Shown: positions 11,546-25,526, numbered from the stretch's first letter. The stretch is DNA of 64,000 nt from Camelus dromedarius (GCF_036321535.1 NC_087436.1:41232001-41296000), one strand, 5' to 3'. Notes: a model not told the origin generated them from the letters alone. Translations and numbers: made by a program.

Positions 11546-14500
11546 ATTTTATCTAGTTAGTGAGGCAAAGTCAATACTAAGATATACACTTGGTTTAATA
11601 CTTGCAGATCAGGACAAAATAAACGTTTTTTGTGTTTTGTTGTAATTTTTGTCTTGTTTTCTGAAACTTCTCTACTCTTCTTACCTTTTATAGTGGAATA
11701 GTAAAAAGAAAAATGCATATTCAAAATTTTCTCACGTGAAGGTTATAATCTTACACCAAGAGCTGGATTATTATATCACATCAAATAAGGTCACTGAGAT
11801 CATTATACGGGAAAGGACTCTGTAATGTTTAAGTGCTATAATGATTTCAGTTAATTAATTCCATAAATTCACTCACATTTAAAGACCTAATAGCACCGAA
11901 TGTCTTAACTGAAAAGAAAAGCTAGCAAATTAATCAGGTAAATGGATTTATTTTCATATATAATGTTTTAAAATAAAAATTATTTCACAAGTAAACCTTT
12001 CCATAATATGGAGCATATTTTATTTCATTCTAAGACATATTTAAATTTTAATATCTTACATTTCACACCAGAAAGTAAGATTCAAGCAATTCTTCCATGG
12101 TGAGTGTGTCATATAAATATGTAAGGTTGCTTAGTAATGTTTTAAATGGAGTTTAAATGTTACATATTGTAGCCTAAGTGAATCATATAACTTGAAATAT
12201 AATGAAATTTTATAGAAAAAAGTTAAAAAATGATTGTATCATTTACAGAATATTATGCATCAACTGCAATGGAGAAATACAGCAGTAGTAAAACCACTGA
12301 TAGTGAATACTTTAAAACTGCATCTGGTTAATATAAATACATTATAAGGTGATCGGGAAAGGTTTAGTTATTTTTATAGATTATAATAGTTGTACTTTTA
12401 CTGGATTCTATCTTTAATAACAATCAATACATTTGTTATAACATACACATCAAGGACTATACACAGAAGCATGAGTTATATATTCCAAAGGTTCTTTCCT
12501 TTTCAATAAAACATAATTGCATTTCTGTTATATTAACTTTAATTAAATTCAACTTTATATTAACTATGGCTTCTTTTAAAATATGCCTGTTATTTAAATT
12601 ATTTTACTAACCTTTTTATTATTTGAGATTTAATTATAACCTAAAGAGATCACTAACTAAAATATTTTATGATGAGTACATTGCTCAGTGAAATTGAAAA
12701 ACAGGAACTTGCTTTATATATTTGTTATGGAAATTGAGTATGTTTTCCTAAAACTGAAGCTTTTAGTGTAAATTTAGATATTAAGTAAGTTGTCCAAAAT
12801 ACTATTTTCTAAAATTGTAACTTGAGTTATATATAATGTATCTTATAAATGTATATCAAGTATAAATATTCATTTTTAATAACATAATTAAAGTCACCTT
12901 GAATATGAAAGATTTTTAAAAGGTTGCAATGGAAATCTTTAAAAGAACTTTATGATGGCCAAAGGGAAGTTTAATACTAAATACTATTTTTCAAATGTAC
13001 ATCAGAACACACAAAAAATACTTTCAGACTAAGTATCTTTACATTTGAATAACTGATATTTTTCTAAAAACCTCTAATTTATACATTTTATATACATTTC
13101 TATAAAACATTTACTACAAAAGTAGACGATTATAAACCAATGATTTTGGGCATCACAATTAATAAATTTCACTAAAATACGAAATGTATTTTACTATAAA
13201 ATAAAACCTATAATAAAATCAAAGTGAAAAATACTAGGATCTTATCAGTTGTGATTTTTTTTTTATCATTAATGCATTCCTTAATTTCTGTATATCACTG
13301 TTCCTGGTGGTGAAATCAGGCAGGCCAGTTAGGAAATTGTCATTGGAAGGACAAGAAAGAATACACAGAAGAAGAAAAATCTATGAAGAAAAATCTGTTA
13401 GTGCTCAAATCAGGGGAAAGATAAGTACTTTTGCCAGATAGTCACAGAAATATTTTCAATATATTGAACAGTTGAGAACAGGAGGAAGAGAAAAATTCGT
13501 GGTTAGTTATTCACAGCCAGCTAGGAAAAGCCAAACGAGAATGTAAAAAAATGTAATTACAAAATCTTAAAACGAAGCATATGAATATTCTTTCTCTACC
13601 TCATGCACAGTATCACTACCCCTACTAGGAAAGATTGGCCTTAAATAGAGACTAGGGAGAGTTGTGAATGTTTATTTTGACCCAGAATGAAAAAAGACAT
13701 GATATTTTCAATAAGACTTCAAGCTAAGTTCCATTAGGCTTCTGAAGTTCTGCCTTGTACATAAGGCAAATTCATGCTAGCCTGTGTTAACAAAATTCAC
13801 TGGCTAATAAATGAAATTCTGTATCTTGGCTGATAAACTTTAGTAAAAAAGTTTGCAAAGGTTAGAAAAAGGTCTTAAACCAAGGAATATTTAACATATA
13901 ATAAAGTCTTCTCATTTTCAGGTCTCTAGATGATATCCTTTGAATCATTCTGTTCATCTCATAGAATAATTATAGATAACCTTTATATATTATGAAAAGA
14001 TAGCTTGGTTCAAAAATGTAAGTAATACAAACTGAAGAGCAAACAGAGTAATTATAAGCACATTTTAAATATTAAAAAGAGATAGCTTGGGTGAAAATCA
14101 AGTAAGTAATAGAAGTGGAAGTCTAATAAAAATTGTTTGGGGAAGTAAAACTATAGGGTATGTGCTCTGGAGTCTGGTTCAGAATATATGGAGAGATGCT
14201 GTGGCAAGGTAACAGGAACTCAATTTAATCCAATCATGAAAGAAACCAGAACCACTACTGGGAAGTCAGGAGGTGCTCCTCTACTCATGATAGTAACTTA
14301 ACAGACAAAATCTTTCAGAATCCAGAAGTGAAACTAAATTCTTATCCATGGAGATATCCCTGATATGCGACTATGGAAGTCAAATATCAGTTCCCCACCC
14401 TGGAAGCTGAAAATGCAAAATAACTGTGTTTGAAGTCCTTGCAGGTCTAGGAAAGATTTGTAGACCTGGAGTCTTCCACTTACACACCCCCATGACAGAT

Positions 14501-14589
14501 TTGGATTAATTACCAGCCTACCTGCATTTTTGCCCATAAATTTTGCCATTTTTGTCCTTGTCTCTCTGTAGAAACTGTTGATGATCTTA

Positions 14590-16090
14590 GCCAAGCCCTT
14601 GCTTTTTATTTGTGTGCTATGTCACATCTTCAGTCACCAACTCAAGAATATTGCTCCAGTAATGCTAACATCATTCCCTTGCATCACCAATGTTTCTCTC
14701 TTAATTGAGTAACTAGATCATTACTATGATGTCTCCAATGTGAAAAAGAAAGTCTTAATTCCACTTCACCTTCAAACTTCCATCTTGGTTCTCTTTAAAG
14801 GAAATTTGCTTGTATACAATGTCTATAAATTCTCTCTTCCAATTTCCTGTGAATTCACTTTAATATTTTTCTCATGACCCCTTGTCATGCATCAACAATG
14901 ACCGTCATTTTGCTCAATCCAAACATTTCACTGTTTGTCCTCATTGTTCTGTCTGCAGCATTTTTTTAATTAAAAATGTTTCATGTGTCTGCAATAATTT
15001 AAAGAGCAGTTACTTCTTTTTCTTTTGATCACACTGTGAGAAGAATGGAATTCTGAATTTTAAATAGAAGACGTCCATGATTTAATCCCTCTGGCTGCTA
15101 TATGGAGAATACTGGAGCAGAGACCTTTTTATTTCTTGATTTATATAAGTGGTTCCTCTTTTACAGTCTGTCTTCACTGTGTCTCCCTCTTTCCTTAACT
15201 TCTTAATCAAGATGCAAGTTAGGACTTAGCCTTTAAATCTTATCTCTACCTACACTGACTTGCTTGGTGACTTCATTTAGTACTTTGGCTTTAACATCAA
15301 CCTATATGGTGCTGTATTCCAAGCCTAGGTGAATATCCACATTTTTATTAAGCTTCTCCTCTTGTATGACTAATAGGAATCATAAATTTAACATGCCCAA
15401 GACTGAACTTCTGAAAATTACTCTTCTTCTTCATCATTTATGGCAACTCTTTTATCTTTCTAGTTCCTCAGGACACATGCTTCAGAATTATCTGACTCTT
15501 CATATACATACTGCATCTAATTCAGTAGCAAATGCAGATGATTCTACCTTCAAAATAGACTTTTGATCCAAACGTTCCTCTCTCACCATGGTATTGGAAT
15601 GGCCATTTCACTAGTTTCATTGCTTTTTGGTTCTTGCTTCCTTTCAGTATTCTCCACCCAGGAGCCAGAGAGATCATATTACACAGGCATCAGGCCATGC
15701 CACTCCTCTGATTAAAACACTCATACATTGCCCTAGCCCTTAAGGAAAGAGCCAGGTCTTTAATGCGGCCTATATGACATTAAAGAATCTAGACTCTCTT
15801 AAGACATAACAGTATTTCTCACTCCCTCATTTCCTTGTGATAGTTTTATCAATTGTCACATTTACAGTTAGATTAACTGTGGTCAAAACTGTGGTCTAAT
15901 AGTCACATTTCATGATTTATCTCTATAGCACCCATCTAATGTTATTTATTGTCTGTTATTCCATTTTATAATGCAAGTTCCATAGATCAGGGATCTTGGT
16001 TTTGATTTCTGTCACAGCGCCAAAATTTAATAGCATTCTGGAATGTAATAATTGATTCAAAGATTTGTATTGAACAAAAATAACTGAAAT
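14590..16090 (+). mobile_element. LINE-2 3' portion
   Basis: aatgaccgtcattttgctcaatccaa...tctgcagcattt; aaatttaacatgcccaagactgaacttctg; 3' end aatgcaagttccatagatcagggatcttgg...aaagatttgtattgaac. Confidence 0.8.
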
Positions 16091-16372
16091 TATGAATAGA
16101 AGCTAAGACCAAAGTTTCTCCCTAGTGTTACTACGGCTATTGGTCAAGCAGGGTAGCATGGGTGGTGGCTTTGATAGTTAAAAGAAGATGAAGTTTGCCC
16201 CACAGCACTGGTAAACTATAATCCCTTTAGTAATCTTGAATAGCCTGAGTCTCTGTGGCAAGGAAATCTGGTGGATAAGATGTAGCTTCTAGTGTTCAGC
16301 CTGGTTTATATTTCTGCATTTCTCTTAAGCCTCACTACAATTTTATAAGCTACGTGTATATTCTAATCCATC

Positions 16373-16803
16373 TGTGATGGTTAATTTTATATGTCAACTT
16401 GGCTAGGCCATGGCACTGATACCAATCTAGATGTTGCTAGGAAGGTATTTTTCAGATGTGATTAGCATTTAAATCAGTAGACTGAGTAAAAGCAGATTAT
16501 CCTCCATAATGTGGGTAGCTGTATCCAACCAATTGAGGCCTTAAGAACAAAGTCTGAGGCTTCCTGAAGAATTTTATCTTTAAACTAAAGCTACAACATC
16601 AACTCTTCCCTGAATCTCCAGTCTGCTGGTTTACCTTAACATACTTCAGACTTGCCGTATGGCCGCCACAATAAATTTCTGTGAAAAGAGTGTTTATTTG
16701 TATTTCTATATATTTTACACTTATTTATTATATATTATTTTATGTTTATATTTATATAAAAACATTCTACTGATTCTGTTTCTCTGGAGAGTTCTGATCA
16801 ATA
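16373..16803 (+). mobile_element. MLT2 (ERVL) solo LTR
   Basis: Begins tgtgatggttaattttatatgtcaacttggctaggcca, contains tttaaatcagtagactgagtaaaagcagatta, ends ctactgattctgtttctctggagagttctgatcaata. Confidence 0.9.
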
Positions 16804-18049
16804 TGTCTTTCCTAAAATCAGCCAGTGTTGTATTCAGTCACTTACATACAAAACACTTCGCTGATATAAAAATTAGTATAGAGAAACAGAGTGTCAGGAA
16901 CTAGAATTATAGAGAATTTAGGAGGTGTGATAGAGCTTTGGGGTCTACTTTTGGCTCAAATGCCATGAAATTATACCTGTAATTAAAAAGAGACAATTTT
17001 GTCAGCAAATGTCATAAAGTGGAGAAAGACAACTGAAATGTCATCAGTGACCGCTAGTCATGAAATGACTATTACAGGGAAGGCCTGGGGAATCAAGTGT
17101 CCCCTGTCATAGATTGCCAGCAAGGTCACAAAGGATTAGAGGACCTTTGCAGGAAAAGAATGTTCATTAAGAGTGTTGTCAAAGAAGAGAATGAGAAATT
17201 CAGGTGTCTAAATGTTTGTCTCAAGGCACTAGGGTGCTTAAAAGAGCATCAAAATGAATACTTCTCTCTCAGACCTGGAATACTGAGCCAGAATTCAGCA
17301 TCAGTTAAATCCACATCAACCAAAACTTTAATAAATACAGGATAAGGCAATGATTTACAAACACCAGAACCCCATAAATTGAAATGGACATAAAAGGAGT
17401 ATTCAAAAACCAAAAACACACATTATCAGTGAAGTTTTATTACCAGTCTTTTTTTTTTCTCTACTGCCTGCACAATGATGGTGTTTCAGCTGCAATAATC
17501 ATTCTGCCTAGTTATCTACTCAGTGTGTTAGGTTGCAAGAAGTTAACTTCACCTCCACTGCTCCTCATTTATCCAGATCTGCAACTAAACTTTGATGTCA
17601 ACACGCATCAGTATGCCAATTTTAAGTCTAAATTTAATATAAAAAAGAATTATACTGAAAAATAAATGAAAAAAAGTCATACTTTATACAGGCAAATGGA
17701 GAATATAACTGTAAATTGATTTTCAAACTAAGAATCCAACAGAAGAAAAATGCTTTTGAGTTATACGTATCACAATGGGTGCATTTATCTGAAAATCTGA
17801 ATCTAATACGCTAGCATTAAAAGTACAACATGGCTTTTATATTTGCTTGGTTAATTACGTAAATGAGGACTCAATGACTGTCCTGTGATATAAAGCTAAC
17901 AGAAATTTCTTAGAAATTGTGCAGAGGAAGGATTTTAATGTCTTAGAGAGGTTGGACTATTGGAGTAAATTTATCAGTTGAAAATTGTTAAAAAAAACTT
18001 TAATTTTATCTGTACATAAAGATCTACATGGTATATATGAGAAATTTAT

Positions 18050-18275
18050 CTATAAAATTGAAAACTACTCAAAAACCATAAAGTTTGTTAATTTAAAATT
18101 TTTTAAATGAGATATCACTACACATCTATCTAAATGGCTAAAACAAAAAAAATAAATAAATAAAAACAACAAATGTTGGTAAGTTTTTAGAGAAACTGGA
18201 TCATTCATACATTGCTGTTGGGAATGTAAAATGGTATAGCTTCCCTGAAAAAACATTTAGCGGTTTCTTTTTAAA

Positions 18276-18320
<45 letters not shown>

Positions 18321-18370
18321 AAATAACAACAACAAAAAGACTCAATTACCATGCATCCAGTAATTGCCCA
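18050..18370 (+). mobile_element. Old LINE-1 ORF2 C-terminal fragment containing an (AAC)n repeat
   Basis: atgagatatcactacacatctatctaaatggctaaa...tcattcatacattgctgttgggaatgtaaaatggta; (aac)n at about 18276-18333. Confidence 0.8.
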
Positions 18371-18419
18371 ATAACCTGAATTTACAGAGAATCATTCTGA
18401 TAGAAATACACTGAATATG

Positions 18420-18905
18420 TTCTATTCCCCAACTTCCGCCTCTCACTTATTTAACCTCTCCTCTTTTATCTTTCTCCAATCCAGCCACATCTGACTCCTT
18501 ACTATTCTTTAAACATGCCAGAAAGGTCTCAGCTCAGGGTCTTTGCATTTGATGTTTCTTCTGCCGACTAACACCCTCCATACTCCATCAACCACAATCT
18601 CATGTCCCACGTGGCTTCCTTTCACCTCTCCAGGTCTTGCCTTAAATGCCACATTTTCAGTTAGATTTTACCTGAACTTATTTAAAATTTCATCACACCC
18701 TCCAACACTTCAAAGGCTCTTCTCTGCTTTATTTCCAAAGAACATATAACTTTCTGAAATACTCTGTATTTTACTCTTTTATTCAACATCTGAGTTCAAG
18801 TGGAATACAAACTCTATGAGAGCAAGACTTTTTGTCTCTTGTTTAGTATTGAATGTATCTAGAATAGCGCCTGCAATACAGGCTCAATCAATTAATATTT
18901 GATAA
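18420..18905 (+). mobile_element. LINE-2 3' end
   Basis: tccagccacatctgactcctt...ctcagggtctttgcatttgatgtttcttctgcc...aaactctatgagagcaagac...tctagaatagcgcctgcaatacaggctcaat. Confidence 0.8.
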
Positions 18906-19989
18906 CTTGAAAAAACTCTAGAAAGTATTTCCATTATAAAGCATTGAGAATTATACCAGTGAGGGTAGCCCTATCGCTTTTGAATAGCTCTTTGTGATTG
19001 TGGGACAGATACGGGACGGCCAGTTGAAATGAGTTCTCAGTTTTTCAATGACGATGGCAGAGTTCAGAGTAGGAAAGCTCAGAAATACTTTACCATTAGA
19101 GGAAAGGTAAGATTACCAAAATAGGCAGCACTTTAGTGGTATCAGAGTAATTCAATCTGCTGGTACCATGGAACCGAAATAGATGGGAAATCAATTTTTA
19201 GTAACAACTAAAGTAACAATAAAACCCCAGATAATATAAACTGAGGTGCAACCTGAGCCACCACAATAGATAATTCTGTCCATACATTTGAATTATTTAC
19301 TAGATTAATCCACAGTTCCAGACAGCACCAAGTTGACACTAAAAAACTTCAGAAAGGATCCTGCAGTAATAATACAAAAAATATTCTAAATGTCACTCCA
19401 AGCCTTCAGACAAATGTCCTGAAGCTATTTAGCTAGGTACTTATAAAAGAAAGGAAAACACCCTTATCATTCAGGACCATGGAAAATATAACTAAGTCAA
19501 CATTAATTTCTGGATACTGGAACGTGTCTGTGGTTTACTAGACGGAGGTAACATTTTAGAAGTGATAAGAGTTTTGACACAAGCTCAACTAATGGTATAC
19601 TCCCTAGTGTGCAGATGCCATCACATGATAAACTGTTTCACTACTTTAATAGTTAGAGTAGATATACTTAGAAAATATCAAAATCTCTACAATGGTTACC
19701 TTGCTAATGATGCTAAGATTATTATAGTGGGAATCACTAAGTGGAAAGTGCCAGTTCTCTGTCACTACCAAAGATAGATCAATGGCACCCACAAATTCTA
19801 CAAAGATACCAGTTGGTGAAAATTATCATATTTCACTGCTCTCTCTAATTTCGCTAATACATAATGTATATAAATGAAGGATCACAAGATATGGTTTGAG
19901 TTTAATACATTTAAGTAATTACTTTAATCCTAGATTTTTATCCAGATATGATCTCTTTACTGATGACTTTACTGATGTTTCCTTAAATT

Positions 19990-20810
19990 GTAAACGTTCA
20001 CTCTTCCCACTTGACCACATCTCATCCTTTCTTAATTCCACACACAGACTTTCTTATGTAGTGTTCTACTGATTATGTGTGTCAAGATCAATAATGGGCT
20101 GTAGACTGCTAAATCAAACGATCAATATTCAGCAGCATTTAGAATAGTTAATCACTCCAACCTCATATGACTTGTTTTCCCTTATTTCACAGTTTGATTT
20201 TCTACTACCCTACTGGCAATTCTTTGTCTTTGGTTGTCCTACCTGACCATGGAAATTTGATGTGTTCCCGGAATAAGTCCTCAAACTTCTCTACCTATAT
20301 TCAGCACTAAGAGACACTATCTAGTTCTATTAACTAAATATCTATGCATATTCTAGTATCTCCTAAATTTATAATTCTAGCTCTAATCTTAATTATGCAT
20401 GTACAAAACAGATGTATACTTCCAGCCACATTCCTGCTATTTTCCAAGTAGTTTTCATCACAGTAAACAATACCAACATCCACCCAGTTGCTCAGGCTAA
20501 GAGACTAAAGTGACATTTGCCCTATTCTTTCTCTCATATCCCATATTTAATTTAGTGATCACATTATCTCTTTTAAACTTTCCAAATTCAACGACCTCTC
20601 ATAAACTGCACCTACCTGCCTTAACCAAGAGTTTCATACCACTACTTTTTAACCTCTTTTTGTCTATTTTATATGCAAACAACTGATCATATTTAAACCA
20701 AAGTGTCCTAGAAAAGTACACAAGGTCTTCATTAGGTTCTAATATTGGTCCCTTGTTCTCTACATAATTGCTAGCAATATTTCCCATACAATACAACTCC
20801 AATCACATCG
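19990..20810 (+). mobile_element. LINE-2 fragment
   Basis: tgctaaatcaaacgatcaatattcagcagcatttagaatagttaatcactcc and catccacccagttgctcaggctaaga are L2 landmarks. Confidence 0.7.
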
Positions 20811-23800
20811 GTCAATAATTTTCCTCTATCACATGGAAATGGATGCCCAAATATGATAATATCTATCACTATTTTTCATTACACACTTTAAAGGGAAAAA
20901 AGCTTCTTACTAGACTCCAATAAGACATTTAACAAAAATCCAAACACTTTGTTGATAAACTAGTTAAAATGGAAATTAAGTTTATCTTCTGGATAGTACT
21001 AATGAAAAATTGGATATAAGCAAAATGTCCTTCAAAAGAAGACTGGTTAACTACATTACAGTATAAATATCTGTTATATGTACTAACTAAATAAACAAAT
21101 TTATCTGTATTATTGGTAATAAAATTAAATATTTTAATGATGTGAAATTAATTAATAAATGCATCATGTATCTAAATATGAAGATAAACATACACATATA
21201 CATTCATATTATTTTCATTATGAATAAAAATCTTGATTTTTATTAACTCTTTTTTTCAGGTATAAAAAGACCAGTAAATTCTTTTTCTTAAATATCCTTT
21301 GTATTCTGTTTTACATTTAAAAATATGTGTCCTGATTTTTAAATAATATATTTAATTTAGTACATAAATATTACATTGATATTATACTGGATATTTAATA
21401 AAAATATCTGATATGCAGATTTAATTTTTAACATTTTATTTAGTGGCAACTGCCAAAAAATTAAACAGTGAAGATTTTTTCTTTGCACAAACATCCCATC
21501 TTCTTTAAGGCAGAGAGTAAAGGTCTATCTCACCATGTTTCATCTAATTTTATTTGGTAAATGTAAATAGCACAACTATTCATCAAAAAATGTTAACAAA
21601 GACACTGTGCCACTTTAAAAGTATAGACTGTATTAAGCTTCAAATAGTATATCAATCGTAGAAATGTTACAAAAGATTAATTGAAAAGGGTCATAAAATA
21701 TTAAAAACAGATCAAAGTTGTACAGTCAAATATCACATCACTGTCTTCTGTTATTAAAATCTGAAAAACTATAATATGTAAACATATTGAATGATTTTTA
21801 TCTTGACCTTAACTTAGTATTCAGGACAAAAAAGTCCAACAAAATCAAAGTATAATGCGGAGGAGTATGAAATAACTATGTAAGTTTTATTTAAGATCTA
21901 GATTTAACTTTAAAATAAAGGAAAGGAAAAGTATCTGATAGGTAGTTGGCATCTATGGTACTTTGTGAACCCAACCTTGTTGAACAAAAATAGTTAAGCA
22001 TAAACAGACTATGGTAGGCTCTTAAGTATGATGATAAATATTAATTCTGTATTCTTTTTCTAAAAATAATTTCAAAAGAATAAAATAAAATTTCTGAGTA
22101 ATTTCAAATCTAAACATACACATAGCTGTGCACAGAAATACACAAAATAAAGAAAAGAATCATTTTCTTGGGGCAAAATATTATAATTATGCCTACACTG
22201 TTTTCTTATTTCCTAAGAATTTGGCTTTAAGGCATGGCAATCTCTTGGTAGTTCAAGTGCTAATTCACTCATCTTTAGGGGTTAGAAATGCCTCTAGCCA
22301 AGAGCAATACAGAGGCTTGAAATGCAGCAGCCATATACTTGTATAGGTTATGCATTTGTATTATATTGGTTTAACCCTATCATGCATGCTCATTTAAGCA
22401 GATGCAATTTTCAATTATTCCTATAAATGATATGACAGAGAAGAGGCAATCAAGTCATTTATAAATTTATGTCTAGTTTTGTAAACCATATTTCCACTAT
22501 TAGGAAGCTAAATATATTATTCACCACATTGCATTTTATATACAACCTTGTTGTACTAGTCTTCAACATCCCTTCAACACTATGAATATTTTATGATTTT
22601 TTTTTTTTACAAAATCTTATCTGCATATATGTCAGACACTATAAAATTAGATCACCTTAGTTAAACTGTATTGGAGAAAAATGTGACTTCATGTCTTACA
22701 ACTTCTATATATTTTTTGCTCTTGAAACCAGAAGAACTAGTTTATAGCCTCTTATTAATGACCCAAGAATAGCATTTTCTGTTTCACTTTTGCACAAAGT
22801 TAAATTGTCCTTTTATATTATTGATGTGTAGCTAAATGTAACAATATTTTGATAAAATCTATCCTAACACTAAGCGAACCAATTCAAAAATGCAAAAACC
22901 TATGTCTTGGGGAATAAGCAGATTTTTAAAAATCTAGAATAAGAAAGAGATCAATCCATTATAAATGAATCACATCATATAATCAAATCTGGGTATATTA
23001 TTCCTAAATCAATAATGTCCTCTACTAATTAAGAATCTTAAGTATGATTCTTACCATTCCCCCCAAGGAAAGCATTTTTAAACATCTTTATTTGTCTTTA
23101 AAAAAAACTGGCAGTGAATAAACTCATTTATATTGAGATATTTGCAGTTTAATGAGAAAAGTTTTGCATGCATGACTCATGTTAGTAAGTTCAGAAGAGG
23201 TGTCCATGTCTCCCCAGTAACCTCTATTCTTGTCTCAGTGACTAAGCATCTTTCCTCAACCCTGATCAAGTTGTGATAGCTTGTTCTGGTTCTTGTTACA
23301 TTATCAGATACATTTCAAATTCCTGAGAAAAGTGTGAGCAATTGACCTCTCATTCAAAATCTGTTGTTTCTGTTATAAACAAAAACATTTCACTGCAGAA
23401 CTTCTGGTACCTATTAACTGACTTGGAACATTTTTTCGTTTAATTTCCCAGAATATTCAAGTTGACAGTATTTGAGGTTATAATAAATCAGGTGATAAAT
23501 CTAATAGACACATTTTCCCCACTAAGTTGAAAGCTTAGAGGGTTGCCTAGCTATTTGGAATTGAAATTATGCAAATATCAATTAACATTGTGATTTCTCT
23601 GTGAAAATTATGAGGAAACAGTGCTCCTTCTCCATGAAACATGTAAGAAAACGAGAATAGAATCCAGAAAGATCCAAGAGTCAAAGTTACAAGTTAGAGA
23701 GATTTGGGTTACATGACCTGTCAAAGCCTAGCCAACTGTTTATAGCATACGATTGTGTTAGTAAATAAATCACTTAGTCCATAGTATTTGAATTTTAATG

Positions 23801-24454
23801 TGGTTGAAGCAATTTAACAAAACAGAAGGAATGAGCACTGCTAAGAGATCCTGTAGTTTCAGCTGCTAGCAGTAACTGAACTTTGACTCTTTCTCTTTTG
23901 AAGAACAGTTGAATGTGATTTTGATTTATGTGAAATAATTACATTGTGTTGGACAGGAAGACTGAACATTGTGTTAAAGAAACAGAAACGAGTGGATATG
24001 TGGTTAGAGGGAGAGAACTGAAGTGAAACAGCTATATATTATGTTATTTGGCCAACATGGCTTTTTATATTTTTAGTATTTCAATTGACATTTTTTTTTC
24101 ATTTGGTAAAATTTCCTTTTCCAACCAGTTTTCATGAGATAAATTAGAAGTTTTCCTTCTGCCTGAGGGTGGGAAAGAGAATCAAGCTATTTCTTTAAAA
24201 TTATTTTAGTGCCTTAATAGAATATTGAGATGAGTGATACAAAGAAAAGGTTTCAAAAAGAGAAATTTTGATGTAGTATCCTGAAATCTCAGAATTCTCA
24301 AAATGATGATGATACTTTAGTTCCTTTTTACTACAAAAGCAAGCTGTTATTTTATTCTTTAACCATGTAATAATTTTTGTATATGTGCATCTGCGTGTTT
24401 ATTTGTAGGTGGTATATTTTTAGAAATCACTCTGCAGAAACTTATATACACACA

Positions 24455-25130
24455 CACCCTTATGTGGACTTACACCTTAGCCAAGAATAAAACTCCCAGT
24501 ATTTATACTGATGGTAGATATGCTCTTAGAGTAGTACATGATTTTGGAATGTTTTAAGACAAATGTGACTTTCTCAATTCCAAGGGAAATCAAATTAAAA
24601 ACAGCCTCTATGTTCAGGAATTATTGAATGCACTATTTTTACCAGCCATTGAGCTATTAAGACTCCAGGGCATTCTAAACTTGACTCTGGAAGCTAAGGA
24701 AAATCACCTTGCGGACATTTCTGCAGTTTCTGCAAGGAGTGCTGCTCTTAACAGGACAAATAACAGCTAAACCTTTGTCATGGTCCAAAGGAATATTTTC
24801 TCAAACAACAATTTAGAAAAATTGGTTAGAGAATCCCAAAAATTGGCCTCAGAAAAGGAAAAATAGAACTGGAAATGTAACAATTGTTGGTTTGATAAAA
24901 AAAAAAAAAAAGCTCTGGTTTTGACCAAATAACAAACTAGTCCTACCAGAGAAACTAAAATTCCTACTCTGTACCACTGTATGTGCATTTACTGACAAAA
25001 TGATAGTATCCGTCAATCAATATTGGTGGGGAAACATTAACAAGACTGAAAAAGTGCCTACTTTACTTAGTCCACTTACCCAAATTATAACCCGGGGAAT
25101 CCTGGTCCTACTGCTCCAGGACATTTTAAA
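24455..25130 (+). pseudogene. pol: ERV1 (gammaretrovirus-like, MER4/MER34 group) pol relic: RNase H and start of integrase
   Basis: Hand translation IYTDGRYALRVVHDFGMF*, YVQELLNALFLPA, TPGHSKLDS, EAKENHLADISA gives the class I RNase H motifs (IYTDSRYAFG; GH...GN..AD); PTYPNYNPGNP resembles the end of the integrase zinc finger. Confidence 0.85.
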
Positions 25131-25526
25131 CTGTCATACCTAAAAAAACCCTGAACCCTGACTAGACTTGAACATCTGGTGACCTTAACTGATGCAATAA
25201 TATCTGATGATACAGCTTTTCTCAAGATATCTGGACCAGGCCTGTTAGAAGTTTGTTACCAAATCTTTGATGATGACATATCACTTCAGATGATCGCTAC
25301 AGGTATCTGTGACCTTGATAACATACAGACTTTAACTTAAAAGTTACTTGAGAGGTCTTCGTCCTCTCCTTCCTTGTTACTTGGATGTAACCTCAATATT
25401 CCTATCCATGCACTTGCCCTCCAACAAGAGATACTATGCCCAGGAAAGGCAAAAGCTGCTGAAACTGGAAAATCTGACTCTTGATCAACAATGCTTTCAG
25501 AGAAAGATCTTGATCAATAGGGAAAA

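Larger units (their letters stand above)
16870..19965 (+). pseudogene. gag: ERVL internal relic: gag, protease and start of RT, interrupted by L1 and L2
   Basis: 17921-17980 translates AEEGF*CLREVGLLE*IYQL (HERV-L Gag VEEGIQRLREIGMLEWI); ~18938 KALRIIPVRVALSLLNSS (ALRNRFVRAAPASLKSS); ORF 19562-19777 RVLTQAQLMV...IVRVDILRKYQNLYNGYL...IIVGITKWK (GVLAQVRLTV...IIGIDILSSWQNPHIGSL...IMVGKAKWK); ~19942 PDMISLL (PDVVSLL). Confidence 0.85.

Noticed and set aside
19562..19777. ORF as a domesticated retroviral protease gene
   Set aside because: Only the C-terminal part of the ERVL protease; no intact catalytic D-T/S-G motif in frame, and neighbouring gag/pol sequence is full of stops.
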